Part shown: piece after piece, positions 1 through 9,974 of the stretch
How the letters are laid out: every line of letters begins with the position of its first letter
Position numbering within the stretch: the stretch's first letter is position 1
Assembly: GCA_049521795.1 (NCBI GenBank)
Contig: JBEKOM010000001.1
Coordinates: forward strand, 256,001-320,000
Direction of reading: 5' to 3'
Length of the DNA stretch: 64,000 bases
From: Candidatus Bathyarchaeia archaeon
GTDB taxonomy: Archaea > Thermoproteota > Bathyarchaeia > Bathyarchaeales > Bathycorpusculaceae
The notes under the pieces: model-generated
The model's database searches: none
What the model was told of the DNA's origin: nothing
Seen by the model: the letters and a program-made list of their open reading frames with translations, nothing else
Made by a program: the position numbers and the translations under genes

Positions 1-18
1 TTATCTGAAATTCCAGTT

Positions 19-987
19 CTAACCACTGGTCATTTGTCCCACAGCTGGAGCTTCCAATTCTGACACAGTTGCTTTTCTTACAGTCAACTGTTTCCAAATC
101 ACTAGAGGCGCCCATCCACAGATGATCATCAACGTACCCGCAAACGGGATTCGCCAAAAGTTCAGCAAGAGTGTTTCGAAAATAAAGAAAGAAACAGTCA
201 TCGCTGCCGCACACACAATTGCGAACTGTTTGCCGTATTTCTTGAAGGTCTGCACGCCCAATAACCCGGCGAAGAAGAAGTCGCCTAAACCCAGACTCAT
301 CATCGAAACGCCCAACCCGGCAGCCGGTGGAATCAAGGGAAGCGAGACCATCACAGGAAGTCTAAGACCCACAGCAACCTTGGCAGCTTCCACCATAGTT
401 CGAGTGACCAGGACCAGAATTATGTCCATAACGGTTATCAACACCCCGAAAATTGCCGTGGTTTTCCACGTGAACAGACCTACCAGGTAAAGGGTAATAA
501 GCACTGCAAAGACTAGGCCAAAAACGTTGGCTAAATAAAGAGTCCACAGTGGATCGTCTCGAAGAACACCCAAGAAAACGTATAACAAGATGAAGACTGC
601 CGGAGGCAAAATGCCCAAGTACCAACGATTCTTTGAAAACAGGTACGTGAAAGTGAAAAGAAGCATAGAATAAGCGAACATGTACAAGACCATCAGGGCG
701 TAACTTATCTCTCTGACGAAGACAACCAGAAATATCATAACGGACATCACACCGACTAGCAGAGCGGCGTCCCAAACACCCATCTGCCTATCCTGCAGCA
801 GATTCTCTTTCAGTTTACCCTCAGTCTTCTGATTCGCAAACAACGCCACAAGGGTAACCGCGAAGAGAGTCAACGGCATCGTGATGTCGAAATACATGCA
901 CCCAACATTAGAAGAACGAACATTTATTCCTTTGTCAGAGCAACCCGCTTTTTCTCCCTCAGCCAGTTGGAGCTGTTTTGAAGTCAC
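19..987 (-). CDS. Presenilin/signal-peptide-peptidase-like GxGD intramembrane aspartyl protease
   Basis: About 9 hydrophobic segments; first Asp in ITVMDIILV; LGLGDFF (GxGD); C-terminal PFAGT at the PAL/AGL position; GTG start overlaps the upstream stop. Confidence 0.75.
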   Translation of the reverse strand: MTSKQLQLAEGEKAGCSDKGINVRSSNVGCMYFDITMPLTLFAVTLVALFANQKTEGKLKENLLQDRQMGVWDAALLVGVMSVMIFLVVFVREISYALMVLYMFAYSMLLFTFTYLFSKNRWYLGILPPAVFILLYVFLGVLRDDPLWTLYLANVFGLVFAVLITLYLVGLFTWKTTAIFGVLITVMDIILVLVTRTMVEAAKVAVGLRLPVMVSLPLIPPAAGLGVSMMSLGLGDFFFAGLLGVQTFKKYGKQFAIVCAAAMTVSFFIFETLLLNFWRIPFAGTLMIICGWAPLVIWKQLTVRKATVSELEAPAVGQMTSG

Positions 988-1838
988 ATCCTAGCTGCTA
1001 AGGTGATGTTGAAAACTGCCAAAGAAGCAATGAGCGCTTCCTCGGTCCTAACGGTTTCAGTTCCCTGCGATGGAATAGTGTTAACCACAAAATCGACGAT
1101 GTCCTCTAAACGAAGCCCTTCACGCGCAACTATCTCATTCAACCCAAGGGCTGGGGCACCGAAAGCCAAGAGAGCGCTGCTCGCTCGGACCCATTCTTCA
1201 ACGATCTGCCCTGTAACCTGAGCAAAGGGCAAACCGTACTTCGACGTAGCTATCGTCAAGTCGAAACTTCGGCTCTTGATCATTTCCCCAAAGCGATGCT
1301 TTTCCACAGTGACCAAGTAGCCCCAATAAGTGGGCACCTCATCACGGTTCACCAGTTCAGCCTTCACAGGTTTGCCAGTCCTTACAATTCTCACCGTGAC
1401 GCGTCTACCAGCAGTCAACTGCGATTTCATCACAAGTGCAGGCGACTCAACACCGATGTCTACGAGGGTGCCTTCTTCTGTTTTTGACAGGGCTACTCCT
1501 TCCCGGTATTCGCCGACCTTCAGATCCTTGCTTCTTCGGTTAAGCGGATGATGCTGTGTGCGCAACGGTGGAAGTATTCCCGCGTACTGGAGAATTGGAT
1601 TCAGCTTGAACAGCGTTTTCCGAAGATACTGCGGCGTCTCCATGTAAGCGAGCAAAGTCGCAACTAGGTCCACGTCGTTCCTCTGGCTGACGCCCGGACA
1701 ATCTGGATAGATTATGATCTCATTCACTCTGAAAATGGCAGCTGCTCTTCCAATGAGACCTATCTTAGATGTCTTCTCACGCAGATGCGGAGTGTCCGAG
1801 ACAACCGAAGCGGGAATAGCTATGTACAGCTTCTTCAT
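984..1838 (-). CDS. SPOUT-family RNA methyltransferase (DUF171 / C9orf114-MTH1-like)
   Basis: IGRAAAIFRVNEIIIY, YMETPQYLRK, AGILPPL, YREG, YWGY and QGTETVRTEEA motifs. Confidence 0.9.
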   Translation of the reverse strand: MKKLYIAIPASVVSDTPHLREKTSKIGLIGRAAAIFRVNEIIIYPDCPGVSQRNDVDLVATLLAYMETPQYLRKTLFKLNPILQYAGILPPLRTQHHPLNRRSKDLKVGEYREGVALSKTEEGTLVDIGVESPALVMKSQLTAGRRVTVRIVRTGKPVKAELVNRDEVPTYWGYLVTVEKHRFGEMIKSRSFDLTIATSKYGLPFAQVTGQIVEEWVRASSALLAFGAPALGLNEIVAREGLRLEDIVDFVVNTIPSQGTETVRTEEALIASLAVFNITLAARM

Positions 1839-1952
1839 GTTAAGCCATGCTCTCTTCTGGCCATGCTCACTGAACGGGTGTTATGGCGCATTTGGTTTAA
1901 AAGCTGAACGCGTAATATGGTCTTGACTACGTATCAAAGCGGTAGTGAGCAG

Positions 1953-3065
1953 TTGCCAAAGCTAACGATTCTGGATAGTTTGGATGAAATCAAGAAAATT
2001 GACAAGAGCAACATGCTCTCTTTCTGCGTCGAAGCGCCCAAGCACTATGGAAACGCTGCTAAGCTAGTTAGTCAATTCAAAATTGGCTATCCGAAGCCTG
2101 AAGTCATAATCGTGGCCGGCATGGGCGGATCAGCCATCGGCGGAGAGCTTCTGAAAGACTGGGCTCGAGACAGATTGGCCATACCGGTCGACGTGTGCAG
2201 AGAGTACCATCTGCCTGCTTATGCCAACAAGAACACGCTGGTGCTTGCCACGAGCTACTCAGGAGAAACTGAAGAGACCTTAAACGTGTTTCTGGAAGCT
2301 CTCAAGAGGAATTGCATGATAATCTGCATAAGCTCAGGCGGAGCACTGACAGAGTTCGCGGGAAAACTCAGCATCCCTCATCTGCTTGTACCCAGCGGAA
2401 TGGCTCCACGCGCAACTCTGCCGTACCTGTTCATGCCTCTACTCGGGATCTTGGAGAAAATGGGGCTGGCAGCTGGCGTGGACACCGAGTTCTCTGAGAC
2501 TGTGAGAGTGCTGAAGCGGATCAGCTCAGAGAATTCTCCTGAACGACCGCTGAACGACAATTTCTCTAAGAAGCTGGCGGCAAACGTCGATGGAACGGTT
2601 CCGGCAGTTTACGGTTTCGGATTCTACCGAGCTGTTGCCCAGCGCCTCAAGACACAGTTCAATGAGAACAGCAAAAACCTGGCGAAGTGGGAATCTCTTC
2701 CAGAACTCAACCACAACGAGATCGTAGGCTGGGAAGCAGCGAAGGAATTCGCAAAACTCTTCTCTGTGGTCTTCATCCGCGACGCTGAGGAGCCGAAGGA
2801 GATAAGACAGAGAATTGAGTTCACCAAGGAAACGGTCGGCAAAGGAGCAGTTAAACTGTTCGAAGTGTGGAGCAGCGGCAAGAGCAGCCTAGCCAGAATG
2901 TCATCTGTCATATGTGTCGGAGACTTCACAAGCGTGTACCTCGCTGTGCTGCGCGGCATAGACCCGACGCCTGTCAGAACGATAGTGCTGCTCAAAGAAA
3001 GGCTCAAACAAACCGGAGTGAAGGAAAAGACGGTTCGTGAATTGCAGAAGCTTGCGAAAAAGTGA
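1953..3065 (+). CDS. Bifunctional phosphoglucose/phosphomannose isomerase (PGI/PMI, SIS fold)
   Basis: AGMGGSAIGG, SYSGETEET, QFNENSK, PELNHNEIVGW, GIDPTPV; TTG start at 1953 inferred (ORF open from 1917). Confidence 0.92.
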   Translation: MPKLTILDSLDEIKKIDKSNMLSFCVEAPKHYGNAAKLVSQFKIGYPKPEVIIVAGMGGSAIGGELLKDWARDRLAIPVDVCREYHLPAYANKNTLVLATSYSGETEETLNVFLEALKRNCMIICISSGGALTEFAGKLSIPHLLVPSGMAPRATLPYLFMPLLGILEKMGLAAGVDTEFSETVRVLKRISSENSPERPLNDNFSKKLAANVDGTVPAVYGFGFYRAVAQRLKTQFNENSKNLAKWESLPELNHNEIVGWEAAKEFAKLFSVVFIRDAEEPKEIRQRIEFTKETVGKGAVKLFEVWSSGKSSLARMSSVICVGDFTSVYLAVLRGIDPTPVRTIVLLKERLKQTGVKEKTVRELQKLAKK

Positions 3066-3075
3066 CGGTTTCGCC

Positions 3076-4137
3076 TCATGCCTCGCTCGCAATGAAGTCG
3101 GCAAACAGCTTCTCTGCAGCTTCAAGGGACAAGAGTTGAGGCGGATGTTTGAAAGCGTACGCACAGATTGGCAGTATTGAGCCTTTCAGTTTTCTGTCCT
3201 CGGCCACCTTGACAGCTCTTATCACGTCCAGCAGGACAGACCCGGCGTTCGGCGCGTCGACCGTCGAGAGCTTCAAATCCATCTGCATTGGCACGTTGCA
3301 GAAGTACAGCCCCTTGATCCAGAAGTAGCTGTCTCGCTTGTTCTGCAGAAAGTCAACGTAGTCTGTGGACCCGGCTACAACCGCCGCGGAGTAAGGCAAC
3401 GCAGCCTCAACAGACTTTGTCTTGACAACGCGTTTAACATCTTTTGTCCGCTCCAACGTGTCCAAAGACTCCGTGCCTCCGCCGACGTCAAGCTGGTACG
3501 TTTGTGTGACTCGGACGCCGTTCAGTGAAAGAAGGTTGAGTAAAGTCTTGTGCAGGGTGGTCGCGCCCACCTGGTCCACCAGATCATCACCAACCAGTGG
3601 AAGCCCAGCCGTTTCAAACCTCTCAGCCCATGCAGCATCGCTAGCGATGAAATTGGGCGTCACGTTAACCAACGCGCAACCCGATAACAGTGATTGCTCA
3701 GCATACCACTGAGAAGCCTTCACGCCGCCAGACGGAAGCAAGTTCAGCACGATCTCTGCGTCACTTTCTTTTAGAACCAATGCAACGTTCGCATCATCGT
3801 GGCAACTCACGTGAACAACACGCCTCGTGTACTCCCCCAAACCGTCCAGAACGGGCCCTTTGTTGACGATGACGTTAGAAGGTGGCACATCAGCCAGCTT
3901 CGGAACATTGTTAGGTTGAGCAAGAACAGCCTCAGAGAGGTCTTTCCCGACTTTTCGGTCGTCAATGTCGAAAGCGGCAACGATTTCAACATCATTCGGG
4001 CGAAAACCGCCCAGAACAGCGTTTCGCAAGCCAATGCATTCTGCTTCTTTGGTGCAGTTGCCGTAGTATTGCAACCCTTGTAACAAGGCTGACGCGCAGT
4101 TGCCGACGCCGACTACGGCCACTCTTATCTTTGACAA
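3076..4137 (-). CDS. myo-inositol-1-phosphate synthase family protein (divergent)
   Basis: VGVGNCASAL Rossmann start, AFDID, GDDxxxQVGAT, DAPNA, FKHPP; several active-site positions deviate (see findings). Confidence 0.8.
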   Translation of the reverse strand: MSKIRVAVVGVGNCASALLQGLQYYGNCTKEAECIGLRNAVLGGFRPNDVEIVAAFDIDDRKVGKDLSEAVLAQPNNVPKLADVPPSNVIVNKGPVLDGLGEYTRRVVHVSCHDDANVALVLKESDAEIVLNLLPSGGVKASQWYAEQSLLSGCALVNVTPNFIASDAAWAERFETAGLPLVGDDLVDQVGATTLHKTLLNLLSLNGVRVTQTYQLDVGGGTESLDTLERTKDVKRVVKTKSVEAALPYSAAVVAGSTDYVDFLQNKRDSYFWIKGLYFCNVPMQMDLKLSTVDAPNAGSVLLDVIRAVKVAEDRKLKGSILPICAYAFKHPPQLLSLEAAEKLFADFIASEA

Positions 4138-4241
4138 ACCCTGACACCTTACTGGAAAGCTTTTACATGGACTTTCTTAAAAAAGCCTGCGCTCTCTCTT
4201 CAGCATATTTCAGATGTTCTATCCAGAAACTCGACACCGGC

Positions 4242-5294
4242 TTATTTTACGGATATAGTTTTCACAAATTCTGTTACCAGTCTTATGGTGTTCCGCAGAT
4301 CGTCAGCGTGGATGATTGACGCCGGTCCATGAATGTACCTACAGGGCACGGCTACGGTTCCGCTTGGCACTCCTGCCCGCGTGAGATGGATCGCGCCCGC
4401 ATCTGTTCCGCCCACCGGCACCTTCTTGAACTGAAAGGGTATTGACTTCTGCTTTGCGGCCTTGATCAACGCCTTGAGAACATGAGGATGCGTGAAGACT
4501 GTTCTGTCCATTATTGTCAGCACGGGGCCGCCCTTGATTTTAGATGAAACTCTGTCTGGTCTCGTGCCGGGAACGTCTGCGACGAAGGTTCCCTCCAAGG
4601 CGAGCCCATAGTCGGGGTCAACCTGCCAAGCTGCAGTTCTTGCCCCTCTTATCCCCAGTTCTTCCTGGACCGATCCGACGGCGACAACGTTGAAAGGGGA
4701 GTCTTTCAGAGTCTTGAACACTTCTGCAAGGACGGTGCACCCAGCTCTGTCGTCAAGCGCCTTGCCTCTGAAGTATCCATCTCCCAAGTCTGTGAACTCT
4801 ACGTCGAAGACGCCTAAGGTTCCTATTTCTGCGCCCTTTCCCTGCGCCTGAGAAAGACTCTCAGCACCTATGTCGATGAAAAGATCTTCCTTAGGTATTA
4901 TCCGGTTCTGTTCTTCAGGCGTCATGATGTGAGGAGGCTTAGTTCCGATGATTCCCTTAAGGTAGCCTTTGTCTCCCCTGAAGAGTAGCCTCTGCCCAGG
5001 CATGATGTTGTTGGTTATGCCTCCGAGTATGTCAAAGCGTAGAAAGCCGTTTTCCTCAATGAATGTGATTATGAAGCCGACCTCGTCCATGTGAGCTGAA
5101 AGCATGATCTTAGGATAGCCCTTTTTCCCGTGGTGGTAGAAAAGTGCGTTTCCAAGCTTATCGACATGCGTTTCATCAGCGTATCCCTTGAGCTCTTTCT
5201 TCAGAATCTCAGCCACATCTTCCTCGTTTCCAGAAGGCCCAAAGGCATTTGAAAGTTTTTCGAGAAGCTTAACGTCTGCAGGCATGCGATTCAC
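4242..5294 (-). CDS. M42 family metallopeptidase (TET-like aminopeptidase)
   Basis: GPSGNE, SAHMDEVG, KALDDRAG, QEELGIRGA, GGTDAG, RYIH. Confidence 0.93.
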   Translation of the reverse strand: MNRMPADVKLLEKLSNAFGPSGNEEDVAEILKKELKGYADETHVDKLGNALFYHHGKKGYPKIMLSAHMDEVGFIITFIEENGFLRFDILGGITNNIMPGQRLLFRGDKGYLKGIIGTKPPHIMTPEEQNRIIPKEDLFIDIGAESLSQAQGKGAEIGTLGVFDVEFTDLGDGYFRGKALDDRAGCTVLAEVFKTLKDSPFNVVAVGSVQEELGIRGARTAAWQVDPDYGLALEGTFVADVPGTRPDRVSSKIKGGPVLTIMDRTVFTHPHVLKALIKAAKQKSIPFQFKKVPVGGTDAGAIHLTRAGVPSGTVAVPCRYIHGPASIIHADDLRNTIRLVTEFVKTISVK

Positions 5295-5500
5295 CGATCG
5301 TATTTTTCACGTCACCAATGAAGTTAAGTTTTGCCCTCACAATTCAAAACGACATCGCAAATTCGGGAACAAGCTTATTCTTGCATTCAGAAACACCATT
5401 TTGCATAGGGTTCTCATTCTTGTTGACGGCGCATTTATTTAGGCGAATCATCCAGAAGTTTCAGGCGATTTTGCATGTTTGTCACAGAAGGAGAATAGAA

Positions 5501-5995
5501 ATGAAACCAGCTTTACTCGTTATAGACGTACAGAACGAGTTCTTTAACCTCAATCAGAGTTGCTCAGATTCCCTGAAGTCTGCTATCGAGTACATAAATG
5601 CGGCCATAGACCTTTTCAGAAAAAAGAATTTTCCCATTGTCGCGGTGCAGCACAAGGATGAGGAACAGGGCCTTGTACCAGGTAACACAGGTTTTGATAT
5701 GCCTCAGAATGTGAAACTTGAGCCTCAAGACATACACATAGTGAAGACCTACGGTAACTCCTTCACGAAGACAGGACTCGCGGAAAAACTAAAGGAACTT
5801 GGGGTTGACACCGTCATTGTGTCAGGTTTCTGTGCAGAGTTTTGCGTCTTGTCCACCTATAGAGGTGCTGAAGATTTCGACTTCAAACCAATAATATTGA
5901 AAGGTTCTCTTGCATCTACGAGTGCAGAGCACATCAGATTCGTGGAAGAGATTTCAGAAACGATCTCTTTTGGCGCTTTGAAGACATTGCTCTGA
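5501..5995 (+). CDS. Cysteine hydrolase (isochorismatase family)
   Basis: LLVIDVQN (Asp), VKTYGNSF (Lys), GFCAEFCV (Cys); AAGGAG upstream of ATG 5501. Confidence 0.88.
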   Translation: MKPALLVIDVQNEFFNLNQSCSDSLKSAIEYINAAIDLFRKKNFPIVAVQHKDEEQGLVPGNTGFDMPQNVKLEPQDIHIVKTYGNSFTKTGLAEKLKELGVDTVIVSGFCAEFCVLSTYRGAEDFDFKPIILKGSLASTSAEHIRFVEEISETISFGALKTLL

Positions 5996-6173
5996 TTCTG
6001 TTCAAGTGTCTTATGATTGTTTTCCGAAAGTGAGTGAATGCCGATTAGTATCTTTGTGTGACTTCAGTTTTGGGTTTGGAGCTCAAGTCTTATCTTTGCA
6101 ATTCTGTTTTCCAGACATGTAGGTTAGTAAGGTTAAAGTTTCTGAGATGTTTAGTTTAAGGGAGGCTGATGAA

Positions 6174-7928
6174 ATGACGGGTGAAAAGGCCCAGGATAAG
6201 TTCACGATCATCAACGAACTTGCACGGCGACGCGGCTTCTTCTGGCAATCGTACGAGATCTACGGCGGTGTAAGCGGCTTCGTAACATACGGTCCGTTGG
6301 GTGCAAGGCTGAAACAGAACATCGAGAAGAAACTGCGAGATCTTTTCGTGAACAAACTCGGAGTCTTGGAGATCGAATCACCTGTGATCACTCCAGCAGA
6401 GGTTTTCGAAGCCTCAGGTCACATCACTCACTTCAAAGAACCCCTCGTTGAATGCACTAAGTGTGGTAAGAGATTCCGAGCAGACCACTTGCTTGAGGAA
6501 TTTGTGAAGATGAGTGAGGCAGACGCTGAAAAGCTGAGTTTAACCGAGATCGACGAAGCGATCAGGAAGAACAAGATTAAGTGCCCAGACTGCGGGGGCA
6601 CGTTTGGCAAAGCAGAGACTTTCCTGACGATGTTCAAGACCACTATAGGTCCGTATTCAAAGGCTGTTGGTTACGGAAGACCCGAAGCGGCGCAGGGCAT
6701 ATTCGTAGAGTTCAATCGCCTGTACGGAATTGCGCGAGAAAAGCTTCCCTTCGGCGTCCTTCAGATAGGGCATGTCTTGAGAAACGAAATCTCACCTAGA
6801 CAGGGCATGATAAGAGTGAGAGAATTCACAATTGCAGACTTGGAATTTTTCTTCGACCCTGAAGAACCCGACTGCTATCTCTTGAAGGACGTTGAAGATG
6901 AAAAGCTTCGGATTCTTCTGGCAGAAACAAGACAGAACGGTTCAGAAGACATCACAGAAACCACGGTGGGAGACGCGTTGAAAAGAGGAATTATCAAGTC
7001 GGAGTGGCATGCAACCTTCATGGCATATGCCGAGAGACTCTTGGTCGAGCTTGGCGTTCCAGCGGAGAAACAAAGGTTCATCGAAAAGCTGCCGTATGAA
7101 AAGGCCCATTATGCGCGCCAAACCTTCGACCAGCAGGTTCTGGTGGAACGGTGGGGCTGGCTTGAAGTCTCTGGGCATGCTGACAGAACGGACTACGACC
7201 TCAGAAGTCACATGGAGCACAGCGGTCAGGACATGCAAGTTTTCAAGGAATACGAAAAGCCAGTTGAGACCGAACGCCTTGCAATAAAACCGATCATGGC
7301 TAAACTTGGGCCAAGCTTCAAAGGAGAAGCCGCAAGAGTTGCCGAAGAACTGAAAAAAGCCGATCCTCAAGAACTCGAAGCATCCCTGAAGACGAACGGC
7401 CACTACGTGCTTGGAAAATACAAGATCCTTCCTGAACACGTCGACGTTCAACGCGAAAAAATCGTAGAGCGCGGAAAACATTTCATCCCTCATGTCGTTG
7501 AACCCAGTTTTGGCTCAGACAGGCTCCTGTACGTGGCTCTTGAGTACGCCTATCAGGAGAAGGACGGCAGAGCGATGCTGAATTTCCCGCGCGACATTGC
7601 ACCTATTCAGGTCGGCGTCTACCCTCTCCTAAGCAAAGACAAACTGCCCCAGAAGGCTTTGGAAGTGCACAAGATGCTGATTGATGAAGGCTTCATAGCG
7701 GAGTATGATGAGGCAGGCTCTATTGGCAGACGATATGCCCGCGCAGACGAAGTTGGAGCACAGCTGGGCATAACGGTGGATTACGACACGCTGAATGATG
7801 ACACTGTTACGATCCGCGACCGTGACTCGTGGAAACAGGTTAGGACAAGTATTTCGGACCTGAAAACGCTTCTGCATGGATATTTCAGGGGAACGATCGA
7901 ATTTGACCAGTTAGGCAAACCCGTTTGA
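6174..7928 (+). CDS. glyS: Glycine--tRNA ligase (archaeal/eukaryotic type)
   Basis: RRRGFFWQSYEIYGG, RPEAAQG, RNEISPRQG, PHVVEPSFG, GSIGRRYARADEVG; GGAGG RBS. Confidence 0.96.
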   Translation: MTGEKAQDKFTIINELARRRGFFWQSYEIYGGVSGFVTYGPLGARLKQNIEKKLRDLFVNKLGVLEIESPVITPAEVFEASGHITHFKEPLVECTKCGKRFRADHLLEEFVKMSEADAEKLSLTEIDEAIRKNKIKCPDCGGTFGKAETFLTMFKTTIGPYSKAVGYGRPEAAQGIFVEFNRLYGIAREKLPFGVLQIGHVLRNEISPRQGMIRVREFTIADLEFFFDPEEPDCYLLKDVEDEKLRILLAETRQNGSEDITETTVGDALKRGIIKSEWHATFMAYAERLLVELGVPAEKQRFIEKLPYEKAHYARQTFDQQVLVERWGWLEVSGHADRTDYDLRSHMEHSGQDMQVFKEYEKPVETERLAIKPIMAKLGPSFKGEAARVAEELKKADPQELEASLKTNGHYVLGKYKILPEHVDVQREKIVERGKHFIPHVVEPSFGSDRLLYVALEYAYQEKDGRAMLNFPRDIAPIQVGVYPLLSKDKLPQKALEVHKMLIDEGFIAEYDEAGSIGRRYARADEVGAQLGITVDYDTLNDDTVTIRDRDSWKQVRTSISDLKTLLHGYFRGTIEFDQLGKPV

Positions 7929-8012
7929 AAACTATTGTTTCGCTATCTTTTTTAAGACTTCAGCACATCTAAGGTTAGAATAAAGTGCCCTATTTTGCGG
8001 GCGGGAAAAAAC

Positions 8013-8672
8013 TTGGTCCTTCCAGCAGAAACTGAAGAAAGAGTGAAACGCAGAGCGCTCAACGTCTGTCAAGACCATCTGCGCAAAGTCGTAGACGTTA
8101 CCAGAAAGGTTCCTCAGATGATAGACTGTTTCAATAAGAACGACAAGGAAGGAGCAAAACAGCTCTTCAGCGAAATCAGAAGCGGCGAAGACGAAGTCGA
8201 TACGGCTAGAAGACTAGTCTCACAGGAGCTGGCCGAAATAGGGGCAATCCTGTTCAGCAGAGAAGATTTCTTAAGGTTCACGAATTTAACGAGCGAAATC
8301 GCGGACTTCTCCGAGGGCATAGCCTTCCGACTGACCGAAATCACGAACCACAACTGGAAGGTCCCCATGGACATAAAGAAGGAACTGCTGACGCTCTCAG
8401 AAGCCGTTCTTGAAGCAGTTGTGAAGCTCAAAGAAACAGTGATGGTTCTAAACTACGGTGCAAGCAAAACGATGGAAAAAGCCAAAGACGTCGAGATCGC
8501 CGAACGCAAGGTCGATGAGATCTACCGCGAACTCGAGATAAAACTGCTCAGCAGCAAAATCGACTTCCCAGCCTTGATTCTGTTAAGAGACGTCCTGCAG
8601 CTTCTTGAAGATTCTGCAGACAAAGCAGAAGACGCGGCTGACGCTGTGCGAATCCTCTCCCTCATGATGTAA
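8013..8672 (+). CDS. DUF47 / PhoU-like phosphate transport regulator family protein
   Basis: All-helical repeat with EDEVD, REDFL, ERKVD, EDSADKAEDAAD motifs; TTG start inferred. Confidence 0.8.
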   Translation: MVLPAETEERVKRRALNVCQDHLRKVVDVTRKVPQMIDCFNKNDKEGAKQLFSEIRSGEDEVDTARRLVSQELAEIGAILFSREDFLRFTNLTSEIADFSEGIAFRLTEITNHNWKVPMDIKKELLTLSEAVLEAVVKLKETVMVLNYGASKTMEKAKDVEIAERKVDEIYRELEIKLLSSKIDFPALILLRDVLQLLEDSADKAEDAADAVRILSLMM

Positions 8673-8686
8673 AGGCGAACAAACTG

Positions 8687-9244
8687 ATGCCTAAAAAAAT
8701 AGGGGTAGAACTGATTGAAAACTTCCTAGTAGTTTGGAACCCCACAGACGGCTCAGAACTCTACAGAAAAGGGTTCTACGGCAAACCCCTCGGAATCGCC
8801 AAACCCAAAATCCCAGAATTCAACGTTCCACTTATTCTGGATCTGATGGAAGGCTTGTACCTGGTTGAAGAAGACATCATCACCGTTTACGAAGGCCCCA
8901 AAAAAATCAAAGTAGGCCCAAGGAAGCTCCGCCAAGTGGCCAAGCGACTGTACGAAGAGTTTGACGACAAGTACACTGTATACCGCGACCTAAGAGACAG
9001 CCAGTTGATCGTCACACCCGGCATAAAGTTCGGCTGCGACTTCGCCGTTTACAAACACGGCCCAGGAGTCGAACACGCCCCCTACATGGTCTCAGTCAAA
9101 AAAGCCAAATCCGAGATGACAGCCACCGAAATAGTCAAGGCCGGAAGACTCGCGACAACCGTCAGAAAAAGGTTCATAATAGCCGTTCCCAACTCGGAGA
9201 AAGCAAAGACAAGATACTTAATATTCAAATGGTTCAAAGCGTAA
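8687..9244 (+). CDS. endA: tRNA-splicing endonuclease, catalytic subunit
   Basis: GFYGKPLG, LDLMEGLYL, GIKFGCDFAVY (Tyr), EHAPY (His), VRKRF (Lys). Confidence 0.93.
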   Translation: MPKKIGVELIENFLVVWNPTDGSELYRKGFYGKPLGIAKPKIPEFNVPLILDLMEGLYLVEEDIITVYEGPKKIKVGPRKLRQVAKRLYEEFDDKYTVYRDLRDSQLIVTPGIKFGCDFAVYKHGPGVEHAPYMVSVKKAKSEMTATEIVKAGRLATTVRKRFIIAVPNSEKAKTRYLIFKWFKA

Positions 9245-9336
9245 GAACCGATTTTTCTAGATAGACTGCACCCGCTAAAGGTTTGCACTTATGGTCAAAT
9301 GGAGACTTCTATGCGCCTTCTTCTGAGGCGCCGAAT

Positions 9337-9606
9337 CTAGAACAATTTTGAAAAATCGTCATAGACCTTCTTCCTATGGCCAATAGACAGCACTACAACT
9401 TGTCCTTTGGTTCTGTTAATCTCGTAGATTGCACGGTAATCTCCTACTCTAAGGCTCCAGAAGTTGGTGTGCGTCAGAATTTTCCCGATTCTTTCGGGAT
9501 TATCCTTCAAATCCCTTAATTTTTCTACTATTCTGGTTTTTGTCGCGTCCTCAATTCTTTCCAGTTCTTTGGCCGCCTTCGGGTGCAAGAGTACAGTGAA
9601 CACCAC
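9337..9606 (-). CDS. RelE/ParE family toxin
   Basis: 89 aa; VLLHPKAAKEL, WSLRVGDYRAIY, IGHRKKVY. Confidence 0.92.
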   Translation of the reverse strand: MVFTVLLHPKAAKELERIEDATKTRIVEKLRDLKDNPERIGKILTHTNFWSLRVGDYRAIYEINRTKGQVVVLSIGHRKKVYDDFSKLF

Positions 9607-9824
9607 TACAATTCCTCAAGTGGAATGAGGGACTTAGGATGTTTCTTTGCTTCCTCGCTGCGTTTTGTTAGCATTTTAAAGAATTCGCGCGTCTTTTCGC
9701 GTTCCTCATAGAAGTTCAGTATCGTTCTTATGGCGTCACTTCGGCTCTTGAACTTACCCTCTGCTACCCACCTGTCTATTTCCTCAAGCATTTTTTCAGA
9801 TAATCTAAGCTGAACTTGAGTCAA
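9606..9824 (-). CDS. Ribbon-helix-helix (CopG-type) antitoxin
   Basis: QVQLRLSEKMLEEIDRWVAEGKFKSRSDAIR; stop overlaps the relE start; TTG start inferred. Confidence 0.85.
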   Translation of the reverse strand: MTQVQLRLSEKMLEEIDRWVAEGKFKSRSDAIRTILNFYEEREKTREFFKMLTKRSEEAKKHPKSLIPLEEL

Positions 9825-9922
9825 AAGAACGCCGTAAACAATACTGTTTACAAGACACTTAAGCATTTCTCCTTAAAAGCTGACCACCGAAACCAGCATA
9901 GAAAAAAGCTTAACTGGTAAAA

Positions 9923-9942
9923 TGGCGCCTGGGAAGGGATTT
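9923..9942 (-). other. Orphan tRNA 3'-end fragment (att-like scar)
   Basis: Minus strand reads AAATCCCTTCCCAGGCGCCA = end of T-loop, T-stem 3' strand, acceptor strand, discriminator G, CCA; no 5' tRNA body upstream. Confidence 0.6.
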
Positions 9943-9974
9943 ACGCATAAGTTTGCCAGTAAAAAGTTGGTTGA

